A stretch of DNA of 64,000 nt from Pseudomonadota bacterium (lineage in GTDB: Bacteria > Actinomycetota > Thermoleophilia > Gaiellales > Gaiellaceae): assembly GCA_050262775.1 (NCBI GenBank), contig JBLNEO010000116.1:6176-70175 (forward strand). The letters run 5' to 3'. The notes beneath the pieces were generated by a model. The model saw only the letters and a program-made list of their open reading frames with translations, was not told the DNA's origin and searched no databases. Position 1 is the first letter of the stretch; each line of letters begins with the position of its first letter. This document shows positions 60,895-64,000 of this stretch, piece after piece. The position numbers were made by a program, and so were the translations under genes.

Positions 60895-60904
60895 ATGCTA
60901 GCTT
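60895..60904. promoter_or_regulatory. Palindromic ATGCTAGCTT giving divergent -10 elements
   Basis: On the minus strand, TAGCAT lies 6 nt before GTG 60888. On the plus strand, TAGCTT lies 9 nt before ATG 60914. Confidence 0.4.
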
Positions 60905-60913
60905 GGCGGCGCG

Positions 60914-61981
60914 ATGGCAGACGTCCGGCCCTCCCGCGCGGGGCGCTCCGGCGCGGCGGCCGGGCGGCTCGACGACCTCGTCGCGCCGCCGTACGACGTG
61001 CTGGACGACGGTGCGCGTGCGGAGCACCTCGCCCGGAGCCCGTACAACGTCGTCCACCTGACCCTCCCCGACTCCGAGCGCGCCGCCGCCGAGGCGTGGC
61101 GCACGTGGCAGGAGGAGGGCGTTCTCGTCCGGGACGCGGAGCCCGCGTTCTGGGCGCTCGTGCAGGACTACGTCGGCCCCGACGGCGTCGCGCGCACGCG
61201 AACCGGCGTCGTGGGGTCGCTGCGCGTCGAGCCCTACGAGACGCGGACCGTGCTCCCCCACGAGCGCACGCACCGGGGGCCGAAGGAGGGGCGGCTGCGC
61301 CTGCTGCGCGAGACGCGCGTGGAGCTCGAACCGATCTTCCTGCTCTACGACGGGGCCGCGCCGTTCGCCGTGCCCGGCCGGGAGCCGGACCTGCAGGTCG
61401 AGGGGGCGCGGCTGTGGCGGCTCGACGACGACCTCTCGCCGTTCTTCGCCGACCGCCAGCTGCTGATCGCCGACGGGCACCACCGCTACGAGACGGCACT
61501 CGCGTTCCACGAGGAGGACGGGTCGGAGGCGGCCGCGCGGATGCCCGTCGTGCTCGTGTCGACCGAGGATCCGGGGCTCACGATCTTCCCGACGCACCGC
61601 CTGTTCGACGGGCGCGAGGCGCGGTGGAACGGCGGCGGCGAGCCGGTGCGCGACGCGCTCGCGCGCCTCGCGCGGACGGCGGACGACCACGGCGCCTTCG
61701 TCGAGTACGACGGCGCCGCACGGCTCGTGGATCCGGGTGCGGGCGCGCTCGCCGTCGAGGTCGTCGACGAGCTCGGCCACGACGGGCTCTCCTACACGGC
61801 CGATGCGGACGAGGCGATACGACGCGTCGACGAGGGCGAGGCGTCGGTCGCGTACCTGCTGCGCCCGACGCGGATCGAGGACGTCTTCTCGCTCGCCCGG
61901 CGCGGCGAGGTGATGCCGCAGAAGTCGACGTACTTCTTCCCGAAGCTCGTCTCGGGCCTCCTCTTCCACCCGCTTGACTGA
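60914..61981 (+). CDS. DUF1015 domain-containing protein
   Basis: PPYDV, HE.T and IADGHHRY motifs. Confidence 0.85.
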   Translation: MADVRPSRAGRSGAAAGRLDDLVAPPYDVLDDGARAEHLARSPYNVVHLTLPDSERAAAEAWRTWQEEGVLVRDAEPAFWALVQDYVGPDGVARTRTGVVGSLRVEPYETRTVLPHERTHRGPKEGRLRLLRETRVELEPIFLLYDGAAPFAVPGREPDLQVEGARLWRLDDDLSPFFADRQLLIADGHHRYETALAFHEEDGSEAAARMPVVLVSTEDPGLTIFPTHRLFDGREARWNGGGEPVRDALARLARTADDHGAFVEYDGAARLVDPGAGALAVEVVDELGHDGLSYTADADEAIRRVDEGEASVAYLLRPTRIEDVFSLARRGEVMPQKSTYFFPKLVSGLLFHPLD

Positions 61982-62777
61982 CTGGCTCGCGATCTGCCGC
62001 GCCGCGGCGGTCGACGTGGCGGCGGCGATCGCGGAGCTGCCGGGGCGGGCGGAGCGCGAGCCGGTCGTCGGGGACGGGGTCGGCGGCGACGACACCACGG
62101 CCGTCGACGCGGCGGCCGAGCGCGCGGCGGTGGCGCGGCTGCGGGCGAGCGGCGAGTCGTTCGTCCTCGTCTCCGAGGAGCTCGGCGAGGAGACCGTCGG
62201 CGAGGCACCGCACGTGCGCGTCGTCGTCGACCCGATCGACGGCTCGAACAACGCCAAGCGCGGCCTGCCGCACTTCGCACTCTCGATCGCGGTCGCCGAG
62301 GGCGAGACGATGGGCGACGTCGTCTTCGGGTTCGTCCACGACTTCGGCACGGGCGAGGAGTGGACGGCGACACGCGGCGGCGGGGCGTTCCTCGACGGCG
62401 TGGCGCTCCGCGAGCGCCCGAAGGACGAGCTCGAGCTGCTCTCGTTCGAGGCGACGACGACGGAGGCGATCGCCGCGCAGGCGGCCTCGATGGTCGGCGT
62501 CGCGACGCGGCTCAGGATCATGGGCTCGCTCGCGATCGCGCTCTGCAACCTCGCGGCCGGGCGGCTCGACGGCGTCTGCTCGCTGAAGCCCGCGCGGTCG
62601 GTCGACATCGCGGCGGCGCAGCTGCTCGTCCGCGAGCGCGGCCTCGCGATCGACCTCTTCGACGACCGCCCGTTCGAGGCGGCGAAGCTCGACCTCGGCG
62701 CACGCTCACGCGTCGTCGCGGCGGCGACGGGCGCGCTGTGCGCCCGCCTCGAGTCCGCGTTGCGAGCAGCCGCGTAA
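61974..62777 (+). CDS. Inositol monophosphatase / FBPase family protein
   Basis: SEE, VDPIDGSNN and D.AAA motifs; archaeal-type length. Confidence 0.85.
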   Translation: MTDWLAICRAAAVDVAAAIAELPGRAEREPVVGDGVGGDDTTAVDAAAERAAVARLRASGESFVLVSEELGEETVGEAPHVRVVVDPIDGSNNAKRGLPHFALSIAVAEGETMGDVVFGFVHDFGTGEEWTATRGGGAFLDGVALRERPKDELELLSFEATTTEAIAAQAASMVGVATRLRIMGSLAIALCNLAAGRLDGVCSLKPARSVDIAAAQLLVRERGLAIDLFDDRPFEAAKLDLGARSRVVAAATGALCARLESALRAAA

Positions 62778-62827
62778 GGGGCCGTTGCGTTGTCCCCTCT
62801 GGGGGGTACTCCCCGGGCGTGGGACGC

Positions 62828-63580
62828 GTGCGGATCGGGTGCTCGGGCTGGAACTACAGCCACTGGCGCAACGGCGTCTTCTACCCGCCGCGGTGCCCGC
62901 CGCGGAGGTGGCTCGCCTTCTACGCCGAGCGGTTCGACACCGTCGAGGTGAACGCCACCTTCTACCGGCTCCCGCGTGAGGCCTCGGTCGCCGGGTGGGT
63001 GGACGGGAGCCCGCCCGGATTCCTCTTCGCGATCAAGGCGAGTCGGTACCTGACCCACGTCAAGCGGCTGAGGGGGCTCGAGGAGGGCGTGGCGATCTTC
63101 CTCGAGCGCATCCGTCCGCTGGTCGAGTCACCGAAGCTCGGGCCGATCCTCTGGCAGCTGCCGGCGACGTTCCACCGCGACGACGAGCGGCTCGCGGGGG
63201 CGCTGGAGCGGCTGCCGCCGGGCCGCCACGCCTTCGAGTTCCGGCACGAGAGCTGGTTCGTCGACGACGTCTACGAGCGTCTGCGTGCCCACGGCGTCGC
63301 CCTCGTCGTCGGCGACGATCCCCGGCGCCCGTTCCAGACGCTCGAGCGCACCGCCGACTTCATGTTCCTCCGCTTCCACGGTGGGGCCGAGGAGGGCACC
63401 GGCAACTACTCCGAGCGCGAGCTCCGACGGTGGGCGACCCGGATCGAGCGATGGGCGGAGGACGGCGACGTGCTCGCGTACTTCAACAACGACTGGGAGG
63501 GGTTCGCGATCCGGAACGGGCTCCGGCTCCAGGAGCTGCTCGGAGTCCGCCCGTCGGCGGCGGACGCGGCACCCGCATAG
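62828..63580 (+). CDS. DUF72 domain-containing protein
   Basis: IGCSGWNY..W....YP, VE.N.TFY, and the YFNND C-terminal motif. Confidence 0.88.
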   Translation: MRIGCSGWNYSHWRNGVFYPPRCPPRRWLAFYAERFDTVEVNATFYRLPREASVAGWVDGSPPGFLFAIKASRYLTHVKRLRGLEEGVAIFLERIRPLVESPKLGPILWQLPATFHRDDERLAGALERLPPGRHAFEFRHESWFVDDVYERLRAHGVALVVGDDPRRPFQTLERTADFMFLRFHGGAEEGTGNYSERELRRWATRIERWAEDGDVLAYFNNDWEGFAIRNGLRLQELLGVRPSAADAAPA

Positions 63581-63596
63581 GCCCCTGCGATCCCGC

Positions 63597-63602
63597 TACG
63601 CT
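63597..63602 (+). promoter_or_regulatory. Candidate -10 (TACGCT) for a leaderless mrp transcript
   Basis: TANNNT lies 6 nt before GTG 63609. Confidence 0.4.
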
Positions 63603-63608
63603 CGGTCC

Positions 63609-64000
63609 GTGGTCTCGCGCGACGAGGTGCTGAAGGCACTCGAGCAGGTGATCGACCCGGAGCTCCGCAAGCCGGTGACCGAGCTCGACATGGTCCGCGA
63701 CGTCGTCGTCGAGGGGAGCTCGGTGCACGTGACGATCGCGCTCACCGTCGCCGGCTGCCCCCTGCGCAACTCCTTCGAGGAGCAGGTGGCGCGGACGGTC
63801 GGGTCGCTGCCGGGCGTGACGGGGACCTCGCTCTCCTTCGACGTGATGACGCCCGAGGAGCGCACGGCCCTGTCGGCCCGGCTGCGCGGCGGGACGAACG
63901 AGCGCACGAAGGGGATCTCCGTCGACGCGGCGACCCGGGTGATCGCGATCGCCTCGGGGAAGGGCGGCGTCGGGAAGTCGTCGCTCACCGTGAACCTCGC
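63609..64000 (+). CDS. Mrp/ApbC Fe-S cluster carrier ATPase; N-terminal DUF59 and the start of the P-loop domain, 3' end outside the window
   Basis: Hand translation gives VVSRDEVLKALEQVIDPELRKPVTELDMVRDVVVEG..VTIALTVAGCPL.... then IAIASGKGGVGKSSLTVNL. Confidence 0.85.
   Translation, partial: MVSRDEVLKALEQVIDPELRKPVTELDMVRDVVVEGSSVHVTIALTVAGCPLRNSFEEQVARTVGSLPGVTGTSLSFDVMTPEERTALSARLRGGTNERTKGISVDAATRVIAIASGKGGVGKSSLTVNL

Noticed and set aside
62794-62814. Mutually exclusive mini-hairpins CCCC-tct-GGGG and GGGG-tact-CCCC upstream of the DUF72 gene, as a possible attenuator.
   Set aside because: The stems are only 4 bp and there is no leader peptide or U-tract. This is indistinguishable from chance in GC-rich DNA.

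Overview
High-GC (about 72%) actinobacterial-type chromosome segment covering the replication-origin neighbourhood. Genes are very tightly packed, with many 4-nt start/stop overlaps. On the minus strand: a DUF721/DciA-like gene, recF, dnaN and dnaA. On the plus strand: rpmH-rnpA-yidD-yidC-jag-rsmG-parA-parB. The rest is core housekeeping:
- Cell envelope: L,D-transpeptidase, MscS, class A PBP, a GT-C-like membrane protein, a Hanks kinase, and sortase E with an M28 peptidase.
- An MprAB/PepD-like response regulator, histidine kinase and HtrA.
- A co-directional string: RsbW-like kinase, TreT, OtsA, ALDH, MoaC, MoaB, UbiA.
- RodZ-like protein, then ccmABCD, a hemX-like gene and hemACD.
- Purine permease, arginase, RarA, kynA, pabB-pabC-GATase, and NAD salvage (pncB plus a long nicotinamidase-like gene).
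- A short-N FtsH paralogue, an RHH / micro-ORF / DUF4097 operon, methylmalonyl-CoA epimerase, an ECF sigma factor, YchF, LacI, a DMT transporter, YhaM-like protein, DUF1015, IMPase, DUF72, and the 5' part of mrp/apbC.
- Two tRNAs found by hand: Ile-GAU and Phe-GAA.

I saw no rRNA, CRISPR array, transposase, integrase, prophage or recognisable defence island, so this looks like an ordinary core region rather than an accessory island. The points most worth a second look are:
1. An autoregulation-style RHH / 39-aa micro-ORF / DUF4097 operon with a near-consensus leaderless promoter and an embedded perfect inverted repeat.
2. Several translationally coupled junctions where the conserved N-terminus of the downstream protein has no ATG/GTG/TTG. 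Two carry an identical GTAGCCGTC junction; recF appears to start at CTG.
3. A pervasive TANNNT-N5-7-start leaderless architecture, including back-to-back divergent pairs and a 39-bp palindrome that spans two start codons.
4. A ccmABCD-only heme-export cluster fused to early heme biosynthesis, with a variant CcmC tryptophan-rich motif.

All functional calls rest on my own recognition of motifs in the translations. No database search was run.
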